Source: Octopus vulgaris (taxonomy: Eukaryota). Taken from it: DNA of 64,000 bases. The DNA is taken from assembly GCA_951406725.2 (NCBI GenBank), contig OX597815.1, positions 154,132,001 through 154,196,000 on the forward strand. Reading direction: 5' to 3'. The notes below the pieces were generated by a model. That model was not told where the DNA came from. It saw only the letters and a list, made by a program, of their open reading frames with translations, and ran no database searches. Positions 38,085 to 52,199 of the stretch are shown here, in pieces; within the stretch, counting starts at the first letter, position 1, and each line of letters begins with the position of its first letter. A program made the translations under genes and the position numbers.

Positions 38085-39431
38085 TTACGTCAAAACACTG
38101 AGGTCAATATAATTGACTAGACCCCCCAAATTTTTAGGCCTTGTGCCTATAGTAGAAAGGGTTATTTCAGTTTAAACTCTTGGGGCAAAAGAAGCAGAAA
38201 CGTCATAACATCTAAAGGAAATCTTTACCATGTTAGCTTCGGCTCTTTACCTTCGGAGTTCGCATTCCGATAGGTTGATCCTGCTTTCATCCTTCCGGGG
38301 GTCGATGAAATAAACACCAGTTGTGTACTAGTTGCAGATTTATTCGATGATGTCCTTGTCCAACATCTATGACTTTATACATATACTAAAAATAATTATT
38401 TTAGATTTAAGTAACCAAAATGCACATACTGGAATAAGTAGTGCGTCGGACAAAATAACTTGGATATTTTGTTGTGCTTAGTTCAAATCGTTCACGTTCC
38501 GGCTTCCAGTCCTTCCGAGGCTGCAAGATGAAGTTTCTGTAAAATATATTTCTGTGTATAATGTTGCTGGTATGAAAACAAACGCGGGCTGCATTAATTG
38601 TAATATTTTGTCTCAGAGGAAATTTATCAGTGGCTTATACATTAAAAATACTGGGGTGTCGCGAGACACAGTGTTTCGACCTGATTTGGTCACCTCAGTG
38701 ATGAACACACTAGTGAAGTGTAAGATTCATTTGTGCCATCAAGCCACCTTCAAAGTATGTAGTTTTACTAAAGTGGAAACTGTTAAAATTGTTGTTATTG
38801 CTGATGTTTAATCCCAAGTTAGCGTCATTGGATCGCATATAATCGAAAGTGTTCTAATCATGACCACACTATCATTTTTCAAGTATAGTATATCTAAGTC
38901 TATATTAAGCATTTATAATACATGATTTGAAAGAATATTTCACTGTGTGTTCTTGTTTTGTAAATAAAACCATCAAGTAGAGGTACCATTTTTCTTCCTT
39001 ATTTAAATAGATTTAAGAGCGGTTGATGGCTAAATCAATAAATAATTGGATAGAGTAAAGTATGGTAAATAAGCATTTTTCCAAAAATTTCATTTTCCGC
39101 AACGTAAAGTTGTGTATTTTCATCTGTATGGGTCAATAAAATAAGCAGTACCTAAGTAATGAAATCCATTTGAAGTACCAAGCCGTCTTCTGTGCATTAT
39201 TTATGACCGACTTTAAACAAAAAAATCATCAGCATAATTCAAGTTGTAAGGTCGACGTATTGGAAGATATATTAACAGTTAAGGTCCATTTTTTTTTACT
39301 TAGTGCAATATTTCTAATATTTGAATGCAAATCCTACTGTTGTCAACACTCCCAGGCCTATATAACAGTTGCAACCATAAATGCAATATGAAAAGGATTA
39401 CGAAGATTAAAGAAAACTCGTATCATGCCGT

Positions 39432-39604
39432 AGGCGTAGGAGTGGCTGTGTGGTAAGTAGCTTGCTTACGAACCACATGGTTCCGGGTTCAGTCCCAGTG
39501 CGTGGCACTTTGGGCAAATGTCTTCTAGTGAATATATACATCACTGACTGTTATAAAAGCCTTGTGAGTGGATTTGGTAGACGGAAACTGAAAGAAGCCC
39601 GTCG

Positions 39605-39651
<47 letters not shown>

Positions 39652-39920
39652 AAGTAGTGCGTCGGAAAAATAACTTGGATATTTTGTTGTGCTTGTATGT
39701 GTATCTGTCTGTGTTTGTGTTTGCCCCCCGCCCCCAACATCGCTTGACAACCGATATTGGTGTGTTTACGTCCCCGTAACTTAACAGTTCGGCAAAAGAG
39801 ACCGATAGAATAAGTACTAGGATTTCAAAGAATAAGTCCTGGGGGTCGAATTTCTCGACTAAAGGCGGTGCTCCACCATGGCCACAGTCAAATGACTGAA
39901 ACAAGTAAAAGAGTAAAGAG
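39432..39920 (+). mobile_element. tRNA-derived SINE, family B, with internal microsatellite
   Basis: Head ggcgtaggagtggctgtgtggtaag..gggttcagtccc; tail aaaggcggtgctcca.catggcc.cagtcaaatgactgaaacaagtaaaag. Other copies near 21430-21640, 21760-21920, 27290-27630, 29615-29780, 47110-47620 and 61150-61475. Confidence 0.85.
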
Positions 39921-40869
39921 TACGTGCGAAAGTGTAGCGTGTTACATTGATGTGCATCACATTTAATTATTTTGCCTATTTGTTCAACAATTCTACTTTG
40001 CATTCGAGAAGATAACTAAGAAACCCCATTTATTACAACAAACTGCTGTATTAAAATTTACAAAGCAATTATAGAATGAAAATGATCAAGATTTATAAAT
40101 ATGTATGCTTTTTACGATACTACAGTTTTTCTTTTTTTTTATTATTATGTCTCATTTATAATTCATTGTGAAAAACTAAGTCTTATTTATATTGTTACAC
40201 GTAATTATTTGCATGACTTTGAAATGATTAAAATACTACATTTCAAACTAGAAATTCACAAACTAAATTATGGGGGTGGGCAACGACAAATTCACCAACA
40301 GAAATGGAAAGAATATTTACACGTTTTGATTGTTTGAAATATTTTACAAATTGAAAGCCACTTGATGTAAAGGAATGATTTCAAATCGCGGCCATTAGCT
40401 GATATAAAGAAGCGCATTAAATTTTTGTCAAAACAGAATTCGATCGTTGAAGAGTGGGTTGTCTCAGTAGCAACTGATCCATCAGATTTAAAGATGCCTT
40501 TGTACATATGTACGTACGTATGTATGTATGTATACATGCATGTATGTATGTATGTATGTATGTATGTATGTATGTATGTATGTATGTATGTATGTATGTA
40601 TATATATATATATATATATATATGTCATTGTTCAGTTTCATTTCAAGATGTCTTGCCATCAGAGAACGAGCCGGTTTCTAACCTAGATCCAAAGCTCCTT
40701 TATTGGAATTTCAACATCAACAACAGGGTATTTTTATTTCTATGGATATATGCAAATTATGTTTTGCTTTATGTATGTATTCTCATGCTTATAGTTGCAT
40801 ATCTAGACATGCTCATATATATTTAAATGATAAACTTCTGGAAAATTTTACAGATTTTTTATTGTTTGA

Positions 40870-41200
40870 AATATTTTACAGTTCCAGTGGATCTGTAGTC
40901 TTCGAATTAGCTTTCTCCTCTCTGGTTTTCAGAAGCCTAATTTCTCAAGATTGGTATTTGGGCAGTGTGTTACATATTCCAGTGTCCCATTTATTACAGG
41001 TATAAACCTGGACTTGTAATCCGGATAGAGTAACTGCAGATTTCAGCAAAGGTGTTCTATATTTCACTGATATTCAGTTTTATGTTAACATCTGCTGGGC
41101 AGGTAATTTCCACAACTGAGCACAGTTTCTCTTTCCTACCCCAAATCATTATATCAGGTCTGTTGTGTTTTTTCTGCATCTCTATTCCTTTTGTGCATCA
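40870..41200 (-). mobile_element. Old REL-endonuclease LINE relic
   Basis: Minus strand reads HNRPDIMIWGRKEKLCSVVEITCPADVNI (PD..E nuclease motif), degraded downstream. Confidence 0.6.
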
Positions 41201-41534
41201 GGTATTAGGTTGATATTTCCTGTTCCTGGATGGCAAAAGCATACCCTTCAAGGTGGGAGATAGTAATCCGACTATTGATCCGTGATAGACAGCTTATATA
41301 TGTATTTATGTATCTACCAATGTGTATACGCATGTATATATACACATATGCATATATATATAAATACATATATACATACACAAACACACACATATACATA
41401 TGTATATGTGTGTGTGTGTGCGTATGTTGATTAGAACATGGAAAGACAAAATGCTGCACAAGATAAGATATTCTCCTTATAGTTAACCTTATAGATATTC
41501 TCCTTATAGATAATATAGGTGTAAATACCACCTA

Positions 41535-41585
41535 GCCAAATGGTACCATTCGCCAAATGGTACCATTCGCCAAATGGTACCATTC
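41535..41585. repeat. 17-bp tandem triplication
   Basis: (gccaaatggtaccattc)x3. Confidence 0.9.
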
Positions 41586-42305
41586 TAATTAAGAACGACT
41601 AGCTCTTAGCGGCCACGAACGAAAGCTTGACATATGCAGTTGTTGATGTGTAACCGTGCAGAAACACATGCTTAGTGGTGTATTTGCACCCATATTGGCC
41701 GTAAGGAAAATCGTTTCTCTCGAGACAACTTGAGTAGCGTATTATATTTCGATGTGCGAATGAATGTGACATGTTAAATTTAACTATATGCAAACATTTT
41801 TTAGCCGAAATTTCTCATATTCTTTTCAGATCTAAGTACATTACTGACCTATTAAATTACAAATCTGCAATTATTAAATGAAAGCATCTTAACATATTTT
41901 TTCTTGTTGAACAGGAAAAATCCGCTCCCTTCGGATTAAACATGCAAGCTCACAAATCTGTCCGTTGAATTAACTTAACCAATCAATATTAATTCTGATT
42001 CGAACTGGCTAATGGAATGTAACTTGTAATTCTTTATTCTTTTCTCATTCCATTTTTTTGTTCTGTCACCTTCTTGTCCTCTCTCCTATTATTTTTTGTG
42101 AATACAAGCGTCTTTTCTATTGCTTTCTCCCCATACCAGCCTATTTTCTCTATCTTTTTAAAATGAAAACCATTAATGTAGCATATTTGAGACAGTAAAT
42201 CACTTGGAAACACACATCACACTACACAAGCTTTCCTAATCACTGTCCTTTCACAACAGGAAACTAATAAGAACTCAAATTTAAATCCTATATTTATTAA
42301 ATTTA

Positions 42306-42406
42306 CTAGCAGAAAGTCCGCCCTCCAGGCGGTTTTCTGCCAGTGAAATCTGGCGTGTGTGAGTTTATATTACATAGATATTGTGCGTGTGTTTATATTA
42401 AAGAGA
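42306..42406 (-). mobile_element. Possible mini-Helitron
   Basis: CTAG|T 3' end with hairpin ccgcc.tcca.ggcgg; 5' tctctttaatataaac. Confidence 0.35.
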
Positions 42407-42408
42407 CA

Positions 42409-42524
<116 letters not shown>

Positions 42525-43302
42525 CATACAGATGGAGGGAGAGAACATTGCAAACAATGAATAAAATAAACATGAAATGAAAATATCGCATAAATATATG
42601 CTCGTTAAAACTATCATGTACCGAATATTCAAATTTGTGAACTCGAAATATTCAATAATAAAAAGAATTTCCCTAAATTAGATTTCCTGAAAACTTCAAT
42701 TAATAAAAAAAAATCTCACTTGCTTATTAGATATCTTTCAGTAATTTATCGTAGTCGTAATATATCTATAATTTAAACAAACTACAAGTTTTAGCGTACT
42801 AGAAATAGCAGCGACCACATAGTTATTATTGTAGAGCTTATAACGTCCCAAACAGCCATACCAAGTAAATCACTCCTTAACTTTTTTAATTATACCGGTA
42901 TATTAAAAACTTTTCATTTCATCAAAAAAAAAAAAAAAAATCTCAAAGGTATTTTGTCTAATAGCATTCATTCATTCAACAAATAAATAAATAAATATAT
43001 ATATATATATATATTTTATTTTGGAATTACGTATAATTTTTTTAAAATTTCACCTGCAATGAATTATCATTGCTTATTAAATCCACTCCACAGTGAATGC
43101 AATGAATATTTAAATTTGTGAAAACTTGTAGTCCAAATACTCAACAATCTTCAAAAATTGAAATTACATGAAATTTGTGGGAACATGAATTTATAAAAAA
43201 AATTCCAGACGGTCAATTCTTTAATAATTGCTTTCTTTTAGTAGCTGTTACATACCTAATTAATAAGTAGCTTTTTCCATCATAATATAATATATCCTCT
43301 GG

Positions 43303-43350
<48 letters not shown>

Positions 43351-43829
43351 CATGCAAACATACATATCTGTAAGTATGATATATATACACGTAATTATAT
43401 GTATGTATGTATGTATGTATGTATGCATGAACGTATGCTAGAGAACTTGGCATGTTACCAAGGGTTTGGGGCTCAGAAAGCGGTTAAACACTCCACTCCT
43501 ATGCTCGACGTAGTTTCCCAATAACCATCACATTAGAGTTTGTATGCTGTGTTCGAATCGCAATATACATTTGTAAAAAAAAATCAGAAACGTAAAGTGT
43601 GTATGTGTGTTTGTGTGTGCCTCAGTGTGTGTGTGTGTGTGTGTGTGTACGTGTACGTGCGTGTGTGAGTGCTTGCGTATGTTTGTGTGTGTGTGTGCGT
43701 GTGTGTAAATAGCCAATATTCTTGCTTCTTAACATTCACTATTCAACGATAATTCACAATGACTTTATGGTGCAAACTAATCACTGACAGATGTGAATCA
43801 CTGAGTGATTTTTCAACCAACCTTATATG

Positions 43830-44870
43830 ATACATAATCTTTTATATAATGAATATCATATATCAAAACAACCTGACATACGTCAGTTTCATTCACAAAA
43901 ATGTACATATTTATCATCTGTAGGGTGTTATACGAATGTTTCTCACCTCGTATGCAACATCAAAATAACTTTTCTTCCATTTGGAGTTCGTTCTAGTCAT
44001 TGAAATCTAGATGGTCTATGTGTATAGCTACAGCATCCACATAGATGTGGGGGCAGTGTTCAGATGTTGGTCTCACTTGCATTTTGTAGAGAGTTACTGG
44101 TTGCTGGAGTTTGAAATATTTTCTGTCGTTGAAATCAACAGCAAGTTTTGATGTTGCAATTTTAGATGACGATGTATATTCACTGGGAGAATTCTTAAGT
44201 AATTGTTATGGCTTACCCTTGTAGCGGCTACGAGGATTGTAGTTGCACATTATTTGCATGTAATGTATAGGAGGAGCAGTATTAGTTTGCGTAATGTGTT
44301 TAGTGCTTTTGACTCTGTGCAGTTAAAGGAGACAAGATTGCTTTGAACTCAATAGAGCAGTGGTTCTCAACCGGGGTCTATATGGCTCTTGAGGGGCAAT
44401 ATAAGTTTTTTGTGGGGTGGGGACGCAATAAAATAATAAATTGAAGATCTACTATAGTATTTTAAGGATCCTTGAAAACATTTTGCTTTAGATGTATGTG
44501 TTGGTATATGTTGCAAGAAAAAGCTCAGCTTCTTTCTCTGACATTTTACATAGTTCAACTTGCATAAGTGAATGTCTGAAAAACAAAATAGGAATTTTGA
44601 AATAAATACCTATAAAACAAGTTTTTAAACATTGAATAACTATGGGGGTCCACGAGAATAGAATAGTAATCAAAGGGGTCCATAGATAAAAAAAAATGGT
44701 CGGGAACCCTTGCAATAGAGGATGCTTCCGAGGTCTCTTTCAGTGTATGATTCGTGTAAAGTATCTAGGAAGCGCTTGTATGACTAATCGGTACAAGGTT
44801 TACGGAGAAATGAAGGGTAGTATCACCTGTGAATGAGCGGGCGTTAATAAAGGTGACGGCAAGTGTGCAT
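43830..44870 (-). mobile_element. Old LINE relic interrupted by the hAT MITE
   Basis: Minus strand LYKMQVRPTSEH resembles the LYK..VRP.LEY motif. Confidence 0.4.
44358..44712. mobile_element. hAT-family MITE
   Basis: Imperfect TIRs cagtggttctcaacc / ggtcgggaacccttg; perfect 8-bp TSD caatagag (44350-44357 and 44713-44720). Confidence 0.85.
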
Positions 44871-44900
44871 TGACTATTTTGTAATGCATGTATACACTAT

Positions 44901-44952
<52 letters not shown>

Positions 44953-45671
44953 TTACGTGTATAGTTAAGATTAATGCACATAGCCTGTATATATTTTTCA
45001 TTTATTATATAAAATTAAAAAGAAACCATAGTGAAAGTGAAGAGAGGTGTGTTGTAATCTAAGAATTATGATTTAAAATATACCAGCATAAATTTAATTA
45101 ATCACCAAAAAGGCCATTATCAATTCCGTTCCACATTTTAGCAAGCTCTATCAGCTGGGCAGATCTTCTGCAAGTAAAAGCTTTCGCAACAGACATTGAG
45201 ACTACCAGGAAGTTAATCCCATAAAACACATACAAAAGGTTTAGGATTAAGTGTTAATTATTTCAACTGCACGGATTCGCATGACAATAAATCTCTTCAT
45301 ATAATATACGTCTGGGAAAAGATCTTACTTGTAATATCATAAATGGAATCAGGAAAGCTACATAATGTAATTGTTCAACGAATAGGAAAGATATAAGCCT
45401 AGACACATACATTCAATAACACATTCTCTGTGTTTGTGTCTCTTTGTCCCCGTTTCTCTTAATCACTTTCTGTTACTCTCATTCCTTTCTTCTTTCTCTT
45501 TCCCCCTCTTACTCTCTTTCCTTTCATATGTATATGTATGTATGACAAATATTTGTGCACTTCGCTTATTAAACGTCTTTCAAGTCTTTTTAATTCTGTT
45601 TATAAAGAAGCTGATTGTTAACTATAAGTCAGTGCCTTGTTAACAGATTGTAGATACTAATAAATAATTTC

Positions 45672-45895
45672 TTTTTTTTGTACTTGTTTCAGTCATTTGA
45701 CTGCGGCCATGCTGGAGCACCGCCTTTAGAGTGGTGAAAGAGTACAGCAGGGATCACCACCATCCCCTGCCGGAGCCTCGTGGAGCTTTTAGGTGTTTTC
45801 GCTCAATAAACACACACAACGCCCGGTCTGGGAATCGAAACCGCGATCCTCCGACCGCAAGTCCGCTGCCCTAACCACTTGGCCATTGCGCCTCC
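45672..45895 (-). mobile_element. Chimeric SINE (family C head plus family B tail)
   Basis: Junction at about 45730; 27-bp TSD agattgtagatactaataaataatttc (45645-45671 and 45901-45927). Confidence 0.8.
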
Positions 45896-47258
45896 AGATT
45901 AGATTGTAGATACTAATAAATAATTTCATCTTTTATCTCTTAATTATTTCAGTTATTAGACTGCGGCAATGCTGGGGAACCAACTTGAATAAATTTAGTC
46001 GAACGAATCGACCACAGTACGTATTGAAATTTAGTTTCTTTCTTTACCCGAAAATTTCAGATTTTGGAAATCTTTACTTAACAATGTATCATTGAATAAA
46101 GCGCAACTTTGATTACAGACTTGATTACAAACACAAATGCAAATGCATTGAAAAATGCGTAGAAAAAAAGTCAAGAAATGCTGTAGAATGTAACAACAAA
46201 ATTTCAGATTCAGAATGTAAACAATAATGGTATTGAGTGATAACTTAGATTCGCATTTATAACAGCCACAGTTTAATTGTTGCACTTTGTAGGTTTGGTG
46301 GCATTCTAATCAATTTATCAATTGGTGCTGTCATGGTAATTATGTTTATTATTACACCATTTGAAAAACTGTGTTGTAGATAGACTGACTAAATACTTTA
46401 TAATACTTAGTTTCATCAATTTCCGCCAGGACAGTCCCTCATTGATATAATAAATAGCAAGTGTAAACAAAAATTGGTTTGATCGATTATATTTTTTTAA
46501 GAAATTTCAACTATCTTACTTTGGAACAATAAGTTACCGATTTCACTGATTTACAACCGCATGTATATATATTTCATTATCAGGATCTTTTATGTTCCCT
46601 TTCTATGTTGGCATGGGTTGGACGGGTATTTACGATCTAATTTGGCCCTTATTTGTTGTTACTGACCTCCCAGGCGTGTTAGGGTCTATGTCGCACTCGT
46701 ACATTGTGAGTTTGAGATAAATCAAAACCGATTGCAGCACCATATTTAAAGGCAACTTAAGTGGAAGATTAACCGCATCCATCACTTCTCTCTCGGATAT
46801 ATTGCAATGATCATAATCTTTGCCACTTATTCCTCTAATGTCAAGTACTCGTTCCTAATAACAACCATATTACGAAGAGTGCATTTTATCGTACAATTAA
46901 TATCTTGTGACGTCACAAGTAAGTTGGCTGCGGAGCTGTTTTGAACCCAGTCTCATCAAGTGACATGAAAAATTTGGTCAGACGCTGTAAACGGTTCTGT
47001 CCAGTTGGCCGGCGGTTAAATGGTAGAACCGTAAATCATTTTCATACCCTACACATTAAATTATGTAAGCCCGAACTTAATTAGTGTTTTTATGTATCTG
47101 TATGTATTTCATCTTTCACTTATTTCAGTCATTATACTATGACCATGCTGGGGCACTGTTTTGAAGTATTTTAGTCGAACGAATCGATACCAGTAAGTCC
47201 TTAAAGTCTGATACTTATACTAACTGCAGCTTTTACCGAACCGCTATGTTACAAGGAC

Positions 47259-47550
47259 TAGTGGTTAGGGCAGCGGACTCGCGGTCGAGAGATCGCGGGT
47301 TCGAATCTCAGACCGGGCGATGTGTGTGTTTATGAGTGAAACACCTAAGCTCCACGAGGCTCCGGCAGAAGGTAATAGCGAACTTCTGCTGATTCTTTCA
47401 CCACAACTTTCTCTCACTCTTTCTTCCTGCATCTTGCAGCTCCCCTGCGACGGACAGGCGTCTCGTCCAGGTGGGGAACCTATACGTCAAGGAAAACGAG
47501 AAACCGGCCCTTATGAGCCAGGCGTGACTCGAGAAGGAACAAACAATATC
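47259..47550 (+). mobile_element. Family C-related SINE with a different tail, inserted into a family B relic
   Basis: tagtggttagggcagcggactcgcgg head; TSD ttacaaggac (47249-47258 and 47551-47560). Confidence 0.8.
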
Positions 47551-49574
47551 TTACAAGGACGAAAACATGCCAACGCCAGTTGTCAAGCAGTGATAGGAGA
47601 CAAACACAAAGTCTCACGACACACACACATATATAAAGAACACAAATAGAGTTCAAAATTGACTATAACAGTTTCGGTAGAACTTTATTGATGAATTTAC
47701 AGATTACATAAATCCACTCTCTTCAGGTAAAATTTTGAACAGTTATAAGCTGGCAAGGTCAAACCTTGAAGATCATCCAACCTTGAAGATCCATCAAAGA
47801 ACAAAATGAATAAGTGATATTTGAAAAAAAGAAGATTCAAATTTATGAAGAAATCTGAAGAAAAACAAGCATTCGAGAACCAAAGAGATAAAAACGACTA
47901 TTATTTCAAGCAGAAAACTAGTTTATAGCCCTAACTTGTCGTGATGTAATATATCTATATAAAAATCTGCTTGTTCAATCTCCCATTATACTTTAGTTAG
48001 TTAGAGAGGAGAAGGTAGAGTAAATGAGAGGTAGAGTAAGTGTAAGATAGAGAGAGAGAGAGAGAGAGTTGGGAGAAGGATGAGTGGAGAAAGAAGAGAA
48101 AGATAGGTGGTTGATATTAATACATTTACACCAAATGCGTCATGTGGTCAGCTGAAGGTAGCAGCGAAGAGGTAGATAAAAAGACGACGCGTGAGAGAGA
48201 GGGGGAGACGCGCGGTGGGGTGGGAAAGGAATACTAATTACGTGGTAACAAATTTAGCAAAAGGGAAAGGGGAAGAGAAAGAGATATGTTTAGGATGCAA
48301 TATTTAGCAGTGGGTAATGTTCTAGTGGTTAGGTTCAAGAAAAGGAGATAGAGAGAAATGAAAAGTGGAGGCAGTTACAGTGACAATTGCTTAACGCATG
48401 AGCAACAGTGCAATTATTTATCGTCTGCTCGCTTAAAGATTCATATTTGTTTATAGGGATTAATCTAACCCAAACTATGGATTCACAAGAAACATAGCTG
48501 CAAGCTGCCCGAGAAAGAACGCACAGATATAGAGTAGGACTCGTAGAGGAATAACGAGAAGATATAATACAAGGAGAAAAAAGACAACACCGACGGGGAC
48601 GTGCGAAAACGAATGTATACAAACGTCAGTTCTATGTAAAAAAGCTAAACTAGGAATGCTTTAAAAATGAAAATCGGGATTCTTTCAGTTTCCGTCAACA
48701 AATCCACTCGCAATATTTTGGTCAGCCATGGTTATAGAAGTCACTTGCCCAAGATGGTACACAATGGGAACTATGTGTTTGCGAAGCAAACTTCTTCGCA
48801 TAAAGCCTTAGCAATAGACGGGATTTCTGCATTATTTAGTGTCGAAGTTTTAATTTTTTATACCTATAAATAAAAAAAACTGCTGTCTATTTACTGGTAA
48901 ATGTTATGTGATGATGACCTGGAAAAATAGTTACTAAATCTGAAGCATCACAACTTCGCCTTTCATGTTTGCCACTAGAAAAATAGATAAATAGTAGAAT
49001 AAATTAATATAAATGAAGCTCGTTATTTATAAGCTAATTGTGATTTTCCCAGCGTTATTTTTTATTTGCTAGCTTATAATGCCCCCTGCATGAAATATGT
49101 TAACATTATACAGATTAACGTTATGCAAGCTTGCTAATTGCTCCATGACTGACTGTGGAATAAATAATCGAATAATAATGAATATCATTAATCATAAACT
49201 AATTGTTATTTTCCCTTTTCTGCTCATTTCGTAATTTCCCCTGCATAAAAGTGATAACATTTAGCGAACTGACATTATGTAGCCTGCTAATTACTCCATA
49301 GCAAGCCGAGGAGTTTGTTAATGAATGCATAGATGACATTTGATACTGGTGGCTCCTTGCGTTTAGCTAAACTGTAACACTTACACTTTTCATAGATACA
49401 ATGCAATTAACGATACTACGATTACTGAAATAATAAACCAAATTAATATTTTCATCGTCGGAGGAAACGTAATCATCATAATTATTGCCTCCTATACACC
49501 TTAGTATCTTATAAAAAATTGCAGACGACATTAATATATGGCCCTATAACTAACAATATTTACGTGTATGAATA

Positions 49575-49629
<55 letters not shown>

Positions 49630-49940
49630 TTGATAAGGCGGTGAGTTGGCCGTCGTTCCATACTGAGCTCAAATTTCACTGAGATCGACTTTTCCTTTCT
49701 TTTCAAACCCAATTTGGGATCGCTAAAATAAATACTAGTTGATCACTTCCTGAACTGGCTGACATTGTAACAAAATTTGAAACCACAACATATGTTCGAG
49801 ATGATTTCTCGGTTCTTCATTCTCTTTTTCTTTATCCCCTTTATTTGCATTTCAATGAGACACACACACACACACATATATATACATACGCGCATACATA
49901 TATATATACATACACACACACACACATTATATCTATATAC

Positions 49941-50288
49941 AAATAGTGGTTGAAAAATATCGTTATAGGTATAAATATACCATAAACGATTATATAAAAA
50001 TGCAGAAGGAAAAGATGTATTATCCTTTGAAACGCGCGTGTGTAATGAAATCAAATCTGCATTAAATTTAATTTTGATGCAACATCTTTTTCTCCTCCAT
50101 TTTTCTATAAGTGTTTATGGTATTTTTATACCTATAACGATATTTTTCAACTACTATTTTCATTTTCCTATTATTTGCTCAGGCTGTTTTTTTTTATGAA
50201 TATGATGAATCTTTATTAGGAATCAATCTTTTTCTTTTTTGGACCTCTTAAAAAGTTTAAATTGTTTTTTTAAAATTATTTTCCCCAC
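49941..50288. repeat. Degenerate asymmetric inverted repeat in a TA-rich tract
   Basis: About 49941-50018 pairs with 50082-50159 (aaatagtggttgaaaaatatcgttataggtata / tatacctataacgatatttttcaactactattt). The right side runs on about 130 bp to (TA)n. Confidence 0.65.
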
Positions 50289-50350
<62 letters not shown>

Positions 50351-50484
50351 TACATATATATACGCATATATATACACATATGTACATACATATATATATA
50401 TACTTATAAGCATATATATATATACGTATAGATATATACATATATATATATACATGTATAGATACATACACACATATATGAATA

Positions 50485-50516
<32 letters not shown>

Positions 50517-50908
50517 CATATACATATATACATACACACCCACCCACATACATTATTATATTTAAATATGTATATGTGTATAGGCTCTACAATGGTACCG
50601 CGATACTTTCATTTTAGATAGCTGTATAGTTCTTTATAGATTTCTTACTTTACATAACGTTAGCTCGCAACTCTTGTTAATCTTTGCCTAATTTGTATTC
50701 TTGAGTGGAAAATGATGCACTTCTATGTATACCGAGTTTTCAACGAACTAAAGTATTTTACCACCACATGTTAGATTTCGGAAAGATTTGCTACTTTGAA
50801 TATCATATATTTAACGATAAAACGATGTATTTAAAAAGGCAGTAAACACATGCATACTCGCAGCACACACAGAAACATCCATATGTGTGTGTGTGTATGT
50901 GTGTGTGT

Positions 50909-50976
<68 letters not shown>

Positions 50977-51399
50977 TAAATATATATCTATTCTTCTTGA
51001 ATATCTTCAAATAACCAAAGCCTCACACATCTGAAACAAAACCAAACCAAGAGGAATAAATATCCATGGCAAATAACCACCAGACTTACAACAAAAAAAT
51101 TGGTGATAATAAAATTGACCTCATAATAAGCACATGGTTTTCTCTCTCCCAAACGGAAGACATAAACACTTCGTGTCTAAATGAGATTGCCGAGAAAATA
51201 GCGCAAATACCCAACTTGTGATCTGTTAAGCAGATACGCAGCAAACTAAAAACACGTCGAGGTTTCCTTCAAAATATTGGTCAAGCACAACAGCAACAGC
51301 ATGAAGAGCCGCTCCATAATTCGAGCATATTAGCTGATTTACTGAACGATAGTATCTCTTCACCTGTCTCTCACTCACCACTCTCACAGCAACCACCAC

Positions 51400-51449
<50 letters not shown>

Positions 51450-52199
51450 CCACCACCACCACTATCGCTGCCACCATCGTCTTCTAGCACCTCAAATACT
51501 AAAATAAACCACTGCTTTCTCCCCCCCCACATTGCCACCTTACTCCTACTGTAGCCTTAAAAAACCTAAGAAAGTCTATGAAGTAGAATGCGTCCCCCAC
51601 GACACTAACAAGAAACCCCAACTTATGCCGTCATTTACTACGTCACAAGCTCTGCATATGTAGTGTCTGAATCTTCACACATCTACCTAGCATTAGACGC
51701 AGACTCCGGACAAACGCTACCAGCTAAGGCTAAAACACGCATCCCCCAATAATATCAACACCATCAAATAGTAAATTGAACGTTAACACACGCATAACAC
51801 GGAATCCCCAAATTTGCCGGTATTTCTATGTCTTTTGCGTGATTGTCCCTTCACTCGTCTTCCGATGCACTAACAGAAACGGGGCTCCAAGGTAAAACAC
51901 AAACCACAGTATAAACACCCCCTGCTGCAGTAATGCACGTCCAGTCTTTTTACAAAGACACAAAAACAGAAATAACAACAGAAAACTATACCAAAAGAGG
52001 AAACGACAACCCTATCCAATAGTGCAACCACACTTCCCAGCAAAAACTGCTTTCTAAGCAGGAAAAGTCTTTTTTAGCCATGCTCAACTTGACAAAAGTG
52101 ATACAAAAACAAAAAAAAAATTAGCTATCACTCAATACCATCTTATTGTATAACGAGAGTGCACCAAATTCCTACATTCCTGTCACTAACACACAAAAG

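Noticed and set aside
41535-41585. CRISPR-like direct repeats
   Set aside because: No spacers, no cas genes and a eukaryotic context; simple tandem triplication.
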